From: Flavobacteriales bacterium
Lineage (GTDB): Bacteria > Bacteroidota > Bacteroidia > CAIKAF01
DNA: 64,000 bases
Assembly: GCA_052437175.1 (NCBI GenBank)
Contig: JBQVOK010000006.1
Span: 75,066 to 139,065 of the forward strand
Direction of reading: 5' to 3'
In this document: piece after piece, positions 31,401 through 40,812 of the stretch
Position numbering within the stretch: the stretch's first letter is position 1
Layout of the letters: every line of letters starts with the position of its first letter
Notes under the pieces: generated by a model
The model's database searches: none
Told to the model about the DNA's origin: nothing
What the model saw: only the letters and a program-made list of their open reading frames with translations
Translations under genes and position numbers: made by a program

Positions 31401-31534
31401 GGTAAGTTTGTACAGCCAAATTAAAAGAATCCGCTGCAAAAGCCAATACTTTTCTTTAATTTGAAGCGTTAATACGTATGTATATTTGTTTTTAACAAAT
31501 TTTCACTAAATTTACCTCATTAAAAACATCGGGA

Positions 31535-32272
31535 ATGAAGCGAGTGTTGTGTGTATACGGTCTGATTTTAGCTTTGGGCGCAGGTTCTGTTCATGCCCAG
31601 TTTGCGCGGGTAAAACGGCCTAAATTCAGCCTCGGCGCTGCGGCCCGCGTTCCCTACCTGGTGTCGAACGAGGCACAGCGTAAGGCCTTCCGGGGCATTA
31701 TTGCCACCGGGCTCAGCTACAACTACGAAGTTACCCCGAAACTCCGCATCGGGCTTTTTACCGATTATTCCTATTACCAGTCGTTCATTCCGCGTAATAT
31801 CTACCAGGAAATGCAGACCCGCAACCTGAAGCTGCACCTGATGGCGGCCGGTCTGAACGTAAGTTATGATTTTGTACTCAACACCAATGAGCGCTGGGTA
31901 TTTACCCCGGAGATCAAGGTCGGCTATGCCTATGCGCTGTTCACCAACCTGAACAACGGTCTGCAGGATTCCACCCAGTTTGCCAGCCGCGATATCAAGG
32001 AGAAAAGCGGGGTTTCGGCCTCGGCCGGGCTCAGCGTGTTCCTGTATGCCAACGAACACCGCATGCAGGGCGTGGGCCTGTACATCGGGTACAATTACAC
32101 CGGTTATGAGTTTAAAAAGACCGACGCCAATATTACACCGAACAATTCCGGTGAGTTTTACTTTATAAAGGATAATGGCCCCACCATGGGCCTGCAGTTC
32201 GGCTTCAGCTTTATTATGAAGTTCGGCGGCGATAACAAAGGCCGCAGCAGCGATTACGATTTCGAAGAATAA
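31535..32272 (+). CDS. outer-membrane beta-barrel protein (porin-like), hypothetical
   Basis: Signal peptide (LALGAGSVHAQ), alternating hydrophobic beta-strand pattern, and aromatic C-terminus ('...DYDFEE'). Confidence 0.5.
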   Translation: MKRVLCVYGLILALGAGSVHAQFARVKRPKFSLGAAARVPYLVSNEAQRKAFRGIIATGLSYNYEVTPKLRIGLFTDYSYYQSFIPRNIYQEMQTRNLKLHLMAAGLNVSYDFVLNTNERWVFTPEIKVGYAYALFTNLNNGLQDSTQFASRDIKEKSGVSASAGLSVFLYANEHRMQGVGLYIGYNYTGYEFKKTDANITPNNSGEFYFIKDNGPTMGLQFGFSFIMKFGGDNKGRSSDYDFEE

Positions 32273-32274
32273 GC

Positions 32275-34062
32275 TTATTCGCTTTCGGCAAACTGCAGCT
32301 CAATGAGTTTGCGGTAGGCCCCGTTCTCTTTTTCCATCAGGGTATGGTGACTGCCCGTCTCGATGATACGGCCTTTTTCCAGTACCAGTATTTTATCGGC
32401 ATGGCGTATGGTGCTGAGGCGGTGTGCAATAATGATGCTCGTGCGGCCTTCGGTAATTACTTCGGTGGCTTTCTGTATCAGCAGTTCGCTCTCGGTGTCC
32501 ACGCTGCTGGTGGCTTCGTCAAGAATGAGCACTTTGGGCTTGTGCACGTAGGCGCGCAGGAAAGAGATCAGCTGTTTCTGCCCGGCACTGAGCAGTCCGC
32601 CGCGTTCACTCACATGGAAATGATAGGCGCCCGGCAGCCGCGAAATAAACTCATGCGTACCGATCTGTTTCGAGGCTTCGATCACATCCTCCTCACTGAT
32701 GTGCGGGTTGAACAGCGTAATATTGTTCAGGATCGTGTCCGAGAACAGGAATACATCCTGCAAAACCACGGAAACAGAATGGTGCAGGCTGCTGAGACTG
32801 TAGGATTCTATCTTTTTACCATCGAGGTAAATGGTGCCGGAATTGTATTCATAAAAACGGCTCAGCAGGTTGATGATGGACGTTTTTCCGCTGCCGGTGG
32901 CCCCCACCAGTGCAATTTTTTCACCGCGGTAGGCATCAAAGGAAATACCGTTGAGTACGTAGTCTTCGTCGTTGTAGGCAAAGTATACCTCGCGGAACGA
33001 AATATCGCCGGCAATATTCCCTGCGTCTTCCGTGCCGGTGTCTTCGATCACGGGATTGCTGTCCAGGATGGCAAAAACGCGTTCGGCACTTACCACGCCC
33101 ATCTGCAGGGTGTTAAAACGGTCGGCCAGCTGGCGCATGGGCCTGTACAGGATGTAAATATACAGTACAAAAGAGATGATGAGACCGGGAGAGGCTTCGC
33201 CGTTTGCTGACTGTGCCGCTACCATTTCGCCGGCGGCATACCACACCACCAGGCCTATGCTGATGGCCGTGATCACTTCTACCACGGGAAAAAACACGGA
33301 GTAGTACCAGATGGAACGTATGTGCGCCTTGCGGTGCTGTCCGTTGATCTCGCGGAATTTCTTCATTTCTTCGTCCTCGCGGCTGAAGATCTGTACAATG
33401 CTCATGCCCACCACGTGCTCCTGCACAAAGGCGCTGAGTTCGGCCACCTTGTTGCGTACTTCGCCGAAGGTCTTTTTAATGCCGTTCTTGAATACATTAG
33501 TAGCGATTACCAGCAGGGGAACCGGGATCAGGGTAATGAGCGTCAGTTTCCAGTCCTGGTACAGCATAACGCCTATTACGGTGAAAATTTTCAGGAAATC
33601 GGCCAGGATCTGCAGGAAACCTTCCGAAAAAATGCTGGCGATGGTCTCGATATCACTGATGACGCGGGTAACCAGGGTGCCCACGGCGGTGTTATCGAAA
33701 TACTTCAGTTTAAAACGGTTCAGGTGGCGGAACAGCTGCGAACGTATGTCGCGGATCACGAACTGCCCCAGCTGGTTGCTGCTGTAGGTGCTGAGGAATT
33801 GCAGGATCGACTCTGCAAAGAGCAGGGCTACCATCCAGCTTACCATGATCAGCAGTTCGCGGTAATTGCCGGTGAGTATGGTATCGTCGATGGTCTGTTC
33901 GACCAGGTAGGGACGTACGGGAGATACGGCAGCGACCAGTAAGGTAATGGTTACCGCTGTGTACCAGAGACTTTTATAGGGAGAAACGAAACGGTACAGC
34001 CTTTTTAGCAGGCTGAAATCGAATGCGTTACCTGATTTTTTTTCTGCCATAGAATGGAGCAA
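32275..34062 (-). CDS. ABC transporter permease/ATP-binding fusion protein (MsbA-like exporter)
   Basis: Six-TM N-terminal domain; Walker A 'GATGSGKTS', signature 'LSAGQKQ', Walker B 'ILILDEATSSVD'. Confidence 0.9.
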   Translation of the reverse strand: MLHSMAEKKSGNAFDFSLLKRLYRFVSPYKSLWYTAVTITLLVAAVSPVRPYLVEQTIDDTILTGNYRELLIMVSWMVALLFAESILQFLSTYSSNQLGQFVIRDIRSQLFRHLNRFKLKYFDNTAVGTLVTRVISDIETIASIFSEGFLQILADFLKIFTVIGVMLYQDWKLTLITLIPVPLLVIATNVFKNGIKKTFGEVRNKVAELSAFVQEHVVGMSIVQIFSREDEEMKKFREINGQHRKAHIRSIWYYSVFFPVVEVITAISIGLVVWYAAGEMVAAQSANGEASPGLIISFVLYIYILYRPMRQLADRFNTLQMGVVSAERVFAILDSNPVIEDTGTEDAGNIAGDISFREVYFAYNDEDYVLNGISFDAYRGEKIALVGATGSGKTSIINLLSRFYEYNSGTIYLDGKKIESYSLSSLHHSVSVVLQDVFLFSDTILNNITLFNPHISEEDVIEASKQIGTHEFISRLPGAYHFHVSERGGLLSAGQKQLISFLRAYVHKPKVLILDEATSSVDTESELLIQKATEVITEGRTSIIIAHRLSTIRHADKILVLEKGRIIETGSHHTLMEKENGAYRKLIELQFAESE

Positions 34063-34144
34063 AGATAGCCATATTTATGCGCGGCCGGCTCATAAACAGG
34101 GGCAGATATGCTTAAAAAATGGTTAAGTTCTGATGATGAATACC

Positions 34145-35086
34145 CTATTGGGGGTTCATGGCGTTCCAGCGGTTGGCATTGGCCCCGTCGATCTTGTTCA
34201 TGATCTTGATAAGGTCTACGATCTCGGGCTTGGGAGCGTCTTTCATCAGGTTCAGGGCTTCGTCGCGTTTGGCGTTGAGCGCGATGTACAGCAGGTATGA
34301 ACTGGCTTTCTGCTTGTGTATCTCTTCCAGTTTGGCCAGTGCCTGGAAAGCCAGGGGACGTTTGGCGTCAAAATCACTGAAGAACTGGTCGAAGGCATTG
34401 CGGTGGTAATCGTACATGAAGGTCCGGAAGGGCTCGTAGGCCGGGCTGGTGATCTCTTCGATCATTACCCAGCGGGAACGCAGTTTGTTGCTTTCCAGTC
34501 TCCAGCCTTTTTCGGCAGAGGATACCTGGGCCAGCTGTGCGATCTGCATAGCCTTGTTGAAATACGGTGTACCGCCCAGGGGCGAGAATGAATCGTAGTC
34601 CAGCCCGATGATCATGTAAGCATAGAACGACAGTATGGAACTGAGATTGTTCAGGTAGGTGGTGCTGCTGTAATCGAATACCTGGTTCAGCTGGTACACG
34701 ATGGTAAAATCTTCGTCGAGCACGTTGAGGATCGGTGTGTAATAGCTGCTGCCGTACACAGGGCGGCGTGAGGTAACCGTAAGCGAACCGGAATATTTAC
34801 CGTCACTGGCCGAACCTGATTTCAGGTTGAACAGCAGGTTACATTCGATCTTTTCGTATTGTTCGTAGGTCTCCGATGTCCATTTGGTATTGTTCAGGAA
34901 ATTGGTGCACTGGCTTTCGAGGGCCGACCAGATGCTTTTATCCACGTTGGCGATCTCGCCGCCACCGGTTATGCTCACTTCCACGCGGGCCTGCAGTTCC
35001 TGGGCATAGCTTTGCGAAAGCCCGGCCAGGCTTAAAAGGGCGCTGAGACATATATAGGAGAGACTTTTTTTCATTGAATAAACCAC
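34145..35086 (-). CDS. DUF4835-family protein (Bacteroidota-specific)
   Basis: Signal peptide. In Bacteroidota this family is typically encoded next to coaBC, as it is here. The alternative start at 35074 (MKKS...) abuts the coaBC stop. Confidence 0.6.
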   Translation of the reverse strand: MVYSMKKSLSYICLSALLSLAGLSQSYAQELQARVEVSITGGGEIANVDKSIWSALESQCTNFLNNTKWTSETYEQYEKIECNLLFNLKSGSASDGKYSGSLTVTSRRPVYGSSYYTPILNVLDEDFTIVYQLNQVFDYSSTTYLNNLSSILSFYAYMIIGLDYDSFSPLGGTPYFNKAMQIAQLAQVSSAEKGWRLESNKLRSRWVMIEEITSPAYEPFRTFMYDYHRNAFDQFFSDFDAKRPLAFQALAKLEEIHKQKASSYLLYIALNAKRDEALNLMKDAPKPEIVDLIKIMNKIDGANANRWNAMNPQ

Positions 35087-36276
35087 TTTTCGAGGGTATT
35101 AACGATCAATTCGGCAATTTTATTTTTCGGGGCCAGCGGAAAATCCGCGCGGCGTTCTTCTTTACCAAAAATAGTAATTTTATTGGTATCTGATTCAAAC
35201 CCGGCGCCCGGGTCGTTCAGGGAGTTCAGCACGATAAGGTCGGCCTGTTTTTTTTCCAGCTTTTTACGGGCGTTCTCTTCTTCGTTGTCCGTTTCCAGTG
35301 CAAAACCGGCCACAATGGTGCCTTTTTTACGGTTGGCACCGCACCAGGCCAGTATATCCGGGTTTTTCACCAGTTTTATTACGGGTACTTCTCCGTCTTT
35401 CTTTATTTTCTGTGTGGCGGGGTTCTCTACACCGTAATCGGCTACGGCGGCGGCACAGATAATGCAGTCCATGTCTGCGGCGCGCGCTTTTACCGCCTCG
35501 AACATCTGTACGGCGGTCTCCACGTCTATGCGCTGAATGCTGTCGTATTCCTGGCGCATGCGCGAGGGGCCGCAGACCAGCACTACTTCGGCGCCCCGGG
35601 AGGCCAGGGTATCGGCCAGGTGTATGCCCATTTTGCCGGAACTGCGGTTGCCGATGTAACGCACCGGATCGATGGGTTCATAAGTAGGGCCGGCCGTTAT
35701 AAGTACTTTTTTCCCGGCCCAGGTCTGGGTGCCGGCAAAGAAATCCTCTACAAATTCCAGTATATGTTCAGGTTCGGCCATACGTCCTTCGCCTTCGAGC
35801 CCGCTGGCGAGTTCGCCTTTTTCAGCAGGGATCACCAGGTTGCCGTTATCGCGCAGCTTTTGCAGGTTAGCCCGTATCGAAGGATGTTTGTACATGTCCA
35901 GGTCCATGGCCGGGGCCACCATTACCGGGCATTTGGCCGAGAGGTAGGTGGTAAGCAGCAGGTTGTCGGACTGGCCGTCGGCCATTTTGGAAAGGGTGGA
36001 GGCCGAAAGGGGAGCAATGAGCATCAGGTCGGCCCAGAGTGCCAGTTCCACGTGATTGGTCCATTCGCCCGTTTCGCTGTTGAAGAGGGCCGAGTGCACG
36101 GGGTTCTTCGACAGGGTGGACAGGGTGAGCGGCGTTACGAAACCGGTGGCATTGGGTGTAAGTACTACTTTTACCTGTGCCCCGTCCTTAACAAAAAGCC
36201 GCACCAGGTGTGCGGCTTTATATGCGGCTATGCTGCCGCTAATTCCTAATAAGATCTTTTTGTTTTTCAACTGCAT
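35071..36276 (-). CDS. coaBC: bifunctional phosphopantothenoylcysteine decarboxylase / phosphopantothenate-cysteine ligase
   Basis: 'KKILLGISGSIAAYKAAHLVRLF' flavoprotein N-terminus and a C-terminal CoaB domain. Confidence 0.9.
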   Translation of the reverse strand: MQLKNKKILLGISGSIAAYKAAHLVRLFVKDGAQVKVVLTPNATGFVTPLTLSTLSKNPVHSALFNSETGEWTNHVELALWADLMLIAPLSASTLSKMADGQSDNLLLTTYLSAKCPVMVAPAMDLDMYKHPSIRANLQKLRDNGNLVIPAEKGELASGLEGEGRMAEPEHILEFVEDFFAGTQTWAGKKVLITAGPTYEPIDPVRYIGNRSSGKMGIHLADTLASRGAEVVLVCGPSRMRQEYDSIQRIDVETAVQMFEAVKARAADMDCIICAAAVADYGVENPATQKIKKDGEVPVIKLVKNPDILAWCGANRKKGTIVAGFALETDNEEENARKKLEKKQADLIVLNSLNDPGAGFESDTNKITIFGKEERRADFPLAPKNKIAELIVNTLEKWFIQ

Positions 36277-36293
36277 GCTGAAAACAGCGGCTG

Positions 36294-36626
36294 TTATTTG
36301 TTGGTCTCGTCTTCGGCCTTGCGGAAAACGATCTCACCTTCCAGCCATTCCTGGATAGACAGCAGGCTGGGTTTGGGAAGTTTTTCATAGTAGCGTGAGA
36401 TCTCGATCTGCTCGCGGTTCTCGAAAACTTCTTCCAGTGTATCGGTATGGCCGGAAAATTCTTCCAGCTTTTCGTTCAGTTCTTCTTTCAGACGGGTATT
36501 GATCTGGTTCGCTCTTTTGGAGAGAATGGTCACTACCTCGTAAATGTTACCGGTCGGCGCCTGGATACGGGCGGTATCACGGGTAACGGTTGTAGGCGAA
36601 GCCTGTAATTTTTTGAAGTTGCTCAT
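36294..36626 (-). CDS. rpoZ: DNA-directed RNA polymerase subunit omega (long Bacteroidota form)
   Basis: 110 aa, 'NIYEVVTILSKRANQIN' omega core, in its conserved position between coaBC and bamD. Confidence 0.7.
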   Translation of the reverse strand: MSNFKKLQASPTTVTRDTARIQAPTGNIYEVVTILSKRANQINTRLKEELNEKLEEFSGHTDTLEEVFENREQIEISRYYEKLPKPSLLSIQEWLEGEIVFRKAEDETNK

Positions 36627-36629
36627 CGC

Positions 36630-37436
36630 TTAATTCTGATTTAACTTATCCTTTTCTTTCTGGCACAGGTTAAAGATCGCTTCAGCTTCCTTCAGGCGTG
36701 CAGATTCTTTGAAACGGTCTGCAAAGTTATAATAATATTTGATTGCCTCCTCATATCTTTCTTTCTTTTTCTCGTCTACGCTGTTCTGGGCGTATTTGTA
36801 GGCCGAAAGCACCAGGTAGTAGCTGGCCTCGGCATCCAGGCGGGAGTCCGGGAAAGAGTTCAGGAAGGTTTTAAAGGCCACGATGGCCGAGTTGTAATAT
36901 TCGATATTGTACCAGAGCAGGGCGCTGTTAAAGCTCTTTACTTCCAGTTTTTTACGCAGGGTCTCGATCAGTTCGTTGCAGGCGTTCACCCGGCTGCTGT
37001 TGGGGTAGCGGTTCACAAAGGACTGCAGTTCGGCAATGGCACCGATGGTACTCGACTGGTCCAACTGGCTGCGCGGTGAATCCTGGGCCAGGCAGTAACC
37101 GCCCATATAGGCCGCTTCTTCGGCGTATTTGGACAGGGGATAGGTGGACGTAAAGTTCGACAGGTAATAATAGGCCGTCTGGTAATCTTTTACCCCGGCA
37201 TAGCACATGGCATACATATAATACACATCTTCGGCATCTTTCTGGCCGCGTACGTACACCATGGTCTCCTCGAGCAGGGGCAGGGCCTTGCTGTAGTTTT
37301 TTTCCTCGTAGTACCTTTTGGCGTACTCGTACTTCTTTTTAAAGTCAGATCCTTTCAGCACCGACTGGTAGCTGCTGCATGACGCGAAAAGCAGCAGGAC
37401 GCCCAGTGCCGGGATGATATGAAGTTTTTTCAGCAT
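36630..37436 (-). CDS. bamD: outer membrane protein assembly factor BamD (TPR lipoprotein)
   Basis: Lipobox 'LLFASCSSY', TPR-like repeats, and the conserved bamD-rpoZ-coaBC context. Confidence 0.75.
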   Translation of the reverse strand: MLKKLHIIPALGVLLLFASCSSYQSVLKGSDFKKKYEYAKRYYEEKNYSKALPLLEETMVYVRGQKDAEDVYYMYAMCYAGVKDYQTAYYYLSNFTSTYPLSKYAEEAAYMGGYCLAQDSPRSQLDQSSTIGAIAELQSFVNRYPNSSRVNACNELIETLRKKLEVKSFNSALLWYNIEYYNSAIVAFKTFLNSFPDSRLDAEASYYLVLSAYKYAQNSVDEKKKERYEEAIKYYYNFADRFKESARLKEAEAIFNLCQKEKDKLNQN

Positions 37437-37538
37437 ACTTTTTTATGAGTGATGTGTTGATAACGCAAAGTTCACAAAATTGTTATCTTTTGTTTTATTT
37501 CTAATTTTGCGCAAAAATAGCATAAATAAACATCAAGT

Positions 37539-38807
37539 ATGGCGGATCTTTTTGATAAATTCAGAAAAAACATGGGCCCACTGGGCCGCTTAGCCACTGT
37601 GGCTCACGGTTATTTCACCTTTCCGAAGCTGGAAGGGGAGATCGGAAGCCGTATGAAATTCCGGGGTAAAGACGTATTGGTATGGAGCCTCAACAACTAC
37701 CTGGGCCTGGCCAATCACCCCGAAGTACGTAAGGCCGATGCCGATGCAGCGGCGGCGTACGGGCTGGCATACCCGATGGGTGCGCGCATGCTTACCGGGG
37801 AAAGTAATTTCCACGAAGAACTGGAAACGGGCCTGGCCAAACTGGTGGGCAAACCGGCCGGTATGCTGCTTAACTATGGTTACCAGGGCTGTATGTCGGT
37901 GATCGACGCACTGGTAAGCCGTCATGATGTGATCGTGTACGATGCCGAGTGTCATGCCTGCATCGTGGATGGTGTACGCCTGCATGCCGGTAACCGTTTC
38001 GTTTTTCAGCATAACGATATGGAAAGCCTGGAAAAACAGCTGCAGCGTGCCGAAAAGCTGACCGAAAAATCGGGCGGCGGCGTACTGGTGATCACCGAAG
38101 GTGTATACGGTATGACCGGTGAGCAGGGACGTATCGCCGATATCGTAAGCCTGAAATCAAAATACAATTTCCGCCTGCTGGTAGACGATGCCCACGGTAT
38201 CGGTACCCTGGGTGCCAAAGGCGGCGGTGCCTGCGAAGAGCAGAACGCCATCGAAGGCGTGGACATCATCTTCGGCACCTTTGCCAAATCCTTTGCCCTC
38301 ACGGGCGCCTGGGTGGCCGGTGAACCCGACATCATGATGTACCTGAAATACAACGTACGTTCACAGATCTACGCCAAAACCCTGCCTATGCCGCTGGTTA
38401 TCGGTGCGCTGAAACGCCTCGAGATCATGAACCGCAGCACCGAGCAGAAAGATAAACTGTGGGCGGTGGTGAATTCCCTGCAGTCGGGCCTGCGTGAAGC
38501 CGGTTTCGACCTGGGCAAGACCAACTCCTGCGTTACCCCGGTAATGATGCACGGTGGCGAGAACGAAGCCTCCAACCTGGTGGTGGACCTGCGCGAGAAC
38601 TACGGTATCTTCTGTTCCATGGTGATCTACCCGGTGATCCCGAAAGGTATGATCCTGCTGCGCCTGATCCCGACCGCTTCACACACACAGGAAGATGTGG
38701 AATACACCATCCGTATCTTTAAAGAAGTGCGCGATAAACTGGCCAACGGCGGTTACGACAAAGAACGTCCGGCTTCCCTGCTGGCCGAGCTTCAGGCCAA
38801 AGCCTAA
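37539..38807 (+). CDS. alpha-oxoamine synthase family PLP enzyme (serine palmitoyltransferase / 8-amino-7-oxononanoate synthase / KBL-like)
   Basis: Class-II aminotransferase fold with the 'GTFAKSFA' PLP-lysine region. 422 aa. Confidence 0.8.
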   Translation: MADLFDKFRKNMGPLGRLATVAHGYFTFPKLEGEIGSRMKFRGKDVLVWSLNNYLGLANHPEVRKADADAAAAYGLAYPMGARMLTGESNFHEELETGLAKLVGKPAGMLLNYGYQGCMSVIDALVSRHDVIVYDAECHACIVDGVRLHAGNRFVFQHNDMESLEKQLQRAEKLTEKSGGGVLVITEGVYGMTGEQGRIADIVSLKSKYNFRLLVDDAHGIGTLGAKGGGACEEQNAIEGVDIIFGTFAKSFALTGAWVAGEPDIMMYLKYNVRSQIYAKTLPMPLVIGALKRLEIMNRSTEQKDKLWAVVNSLQSGLREAGFDLGKTNSCVTPVMMHGGENEASNLVVDLRENYGIFCSMVIYPVIPKGMILLRLIPTASHTQEDVEYTIRIFKEVRDKLANGGYDKERPASLLAELQAKA

Positions 38808-38837
38808 ACTACGGATTGTAATTTAAAACCAGATAAA

Positions 38838-38866
38838 AGCCCCGGTATCACAGCCGGGGTTTTTTC
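38838..38866 (+). terminator. rho-independent terminator after the alpha-oxoamine synthase gene
   Basis: Hairpin gccccgg-tatcaca-gccgggg followed by T6. Confidence 0.75.
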
Positions 38867-38881
38867 GTTTTGCTGCAAAAG

Positions 38882-38910
38882 AAAAACCGCTCCGGAAAGA
38901 AGCGGTTTTT
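38882..38910 (-). terminator. rho-independent terminator for mscL (minus strand)
   Basis: Hairpin aaccgct-ccggaaaga-agcggtt with an A5 run on the plus strand (T-run on the minus strand) and a T5 run on the other side. Confidence 0.65.
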
Positions 38911-38942
38911 ACGTTTACGAATGATTTATCTGGTAAGATGAT

Positions 38943-39332
38943 CTACTTGTTTTTGAGGGCGTCGCGGATCTCCATCAGCAGTTTTTCCTCATTGCTCGGC
39001 TCGGGCGGAGCGGCAGGGGCTTCGGGAGCCGGTTCACGCTTGAGGCGGTTGATGCCCTTGATCATAACAAAGAGGGCCAGGGCCACAATGGTAAACGAGA
39101 TGATCTGTGAAATAAAGCTGCCGTATTTTATAGCCGTGCCCGGTATCGTGAGTTGCTCCAGGTCGGTGAGCTGTGCAGCCTTGAGTGCAGGTGTAAGTAT
39201 GGCGGGAGTAATAATATCATCCACCAATGATTTTACAATTCCCTGGAAGGCGCCGCCGATCACTACACCGACCGCCAGATCGATCACATTGCCCTTAACG
39301 GCAAATTCCTTGAATTCTTTAATAAATCCCAT
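38943..39332 (-). CDS. mscL: large-conductance mechanosensitive channel
   Basis: 'MGFIKEFKEFAVKGNVIDLAVGVVIGGAF' is the hallmark MscL N-terminus; 129 aa. Confidence 0.9.
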   Translation of the reverse strand: MGFIKEFKEFAVKGNVIDLAVGVVIGGAFQGIVKSLVDDIITPAILTPALKAAQLTDLEQLTIPGTAIKYGSFISQIISFTIVALALFVMIKGINRLKREPAPEAPAAPPEPSNEEKLLMEIRDALKNK

Positions 39333-39422
39333 ACCTAAAGGTTATTTGTTTTCTGCAAATATATTCGATTTTCGTTTCACACCTATAATTATTACTTTCG
39401 CTGCGTAAAAACTGTTTAGTCT

Positions 39423-40811
39423 ATGTACGATGTAATTGTATTAGGTAGTGGTCCGGGTGGTTATGTTGCTGCCATCCGCGCTGCACAGCTCGGGCTTAAA
39501 ACCGCTGTAGTTGAAAAAGAATCCCTGGGCGGTATCTGCCTTAACTGGGGATGTATTCCTACAAAAGCCCTTCTTAAAAGTGCCAACGTAAAGGAATATA
39601 TAGATCACGCATCTGAGTACGGCCTCAGCGTGGAAGGTGCCTCTGCCGATTTCCCGGCCATCATTAAGCGCAGCCGCGGCGTAGCCGACGGCATGAGCAA
39701 AGGTATACAGTTCCTGATGCGCAAGAACAAGATCGACGTTATTGCCGGCTTTGGCAAGCTGCTGGCTCCCGGTAAGCTCGAAGTGACCGATGTCGACGGT
39801 AAAAAAGCCACGCATTCTGCCAAGCATATCATTATTGCCACGGGAGCCCGTTCACGCAGTCTGCCGGCTATTCCGCAGGACGGAAAACGCATCATCGGTT
39901 ACCGCGAGGCCATGTCCCTGCCCGAACAGCCCAAATCTATGGTGGTAGTGGGCAGCGGTGCCATCGGCTGCGAATTTGCCTATTTCTACAACACCCTGGG
40001 TACCAAGGTGACCATTATCGAATACCTGCCGAACATCCTGCCCATCGAGGACGAGGAAGTGAGCAAACAGCTGGAGAAATCCTTTAAAAAAGCCGGTATC
40101 GAAATCATGGTATCTACTTCGGTAGAGCAGGCCACGGCCGGTAAGAACGGCTGCGAAGTAAAGATCAAGAATGCCAAAGGCGAAACACAGACGCTGGAAT
40201 GCGACGTGGTGCTTTCGGCCGTGGGTATACAGACCAATATCGAGAACATAGGCCTGGAGACCCTGGGCGTTAAAACGGACAAGGGACGCATCCTGGTGGA
40301 CGAGTTCTTCCGTACCAATATCCCCGGCGTATATGCCATAGGCGACGTAATTCCCGGTCCTGCACTGGCGCACGTAGCCTCGCACGAAGGTATCGTATGC
40401 GTGGAGAAAATTGCCGGTAAGAACCCGACCCCGATCGATTACGGTAATGTACCTTCCTGCACCTACTGCTACCCCGAAGTAGCTTCCGTAGGCCTTACCG
40501 AGAAAGCCGCTAAGGAAGCCGGTTACGAGATCAAAGTGGGTAAATTCCCTTTCTCGGCCTCGGGTAAAGCCAGCGCGGCCGGTGCCAAGGACGGTTTTGT
40601 AAAAGTGATCTTCGACGCCAAATACGGCGAATGGCTGGGTTGCCACATGATCGGCGCCGGCGTTACGGAAATGATCGCTGAAGCGGTTGTGGCCCGTAAG
40701 CTGGAAACCACTGGTCATGAGATCATTGCGTCCATGCACCCGCACCCCACCATGAGCGAGGCCGTAATGGAAGCCGCCGCAGCTGCATACGGCGAAGTTA
40801 TTCACCTGTAG
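39423..40811 (+). CDS. lpdA: dihydrolipoyl dehydrogenase
   Basis: 'YDVIVLGSGPGGYVAAIRAAQLG', redox-active disulfide 'GGICLNWGCIPTK', C-terminal dimerisation domain. Confidence 0.92.
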   Translation: MYDVIVLGSGPGGYVAAIRAAQLGLKTAVVEKESLGGICLNWGCIPTKALLKSANVKEYIDHASEYGLSVEGASADFPAIIKRSRGVADGMSKGIQFLMRKNKIDVIAGFGKLLAPGKLEVTDVDGKKATHSAKHIIIATGARSRSLPAIPQDGKRIIGYREAMSLPEQPKSMVVVGSGAIGCEFAYFYNTLGTKVTIIEYLPNILPIEDEEVSKQLEKSFKKAGIEIMVSTSVEQATAGKNGCEVKIKNAKGETQTLECDVVLSAVGIQTNIENIGLETLGVKTDKGRILVDEFFRTNIPGVYAIGDVIPGPALAHVASHEGIVCVEKIAGKNPTPIDYGNVPSCTYCYPEVASVGLTEKAAKEAGYEIKVGKFPFSASGKASAAGAKDGFVKVIFDAKYGEWLGCHMIGAGVTEMIAEAVVARKLETTGHEIIASMHPHPTMSEAVMEAAAAAYGEVIHL

Positions 40812-40812
40812 T

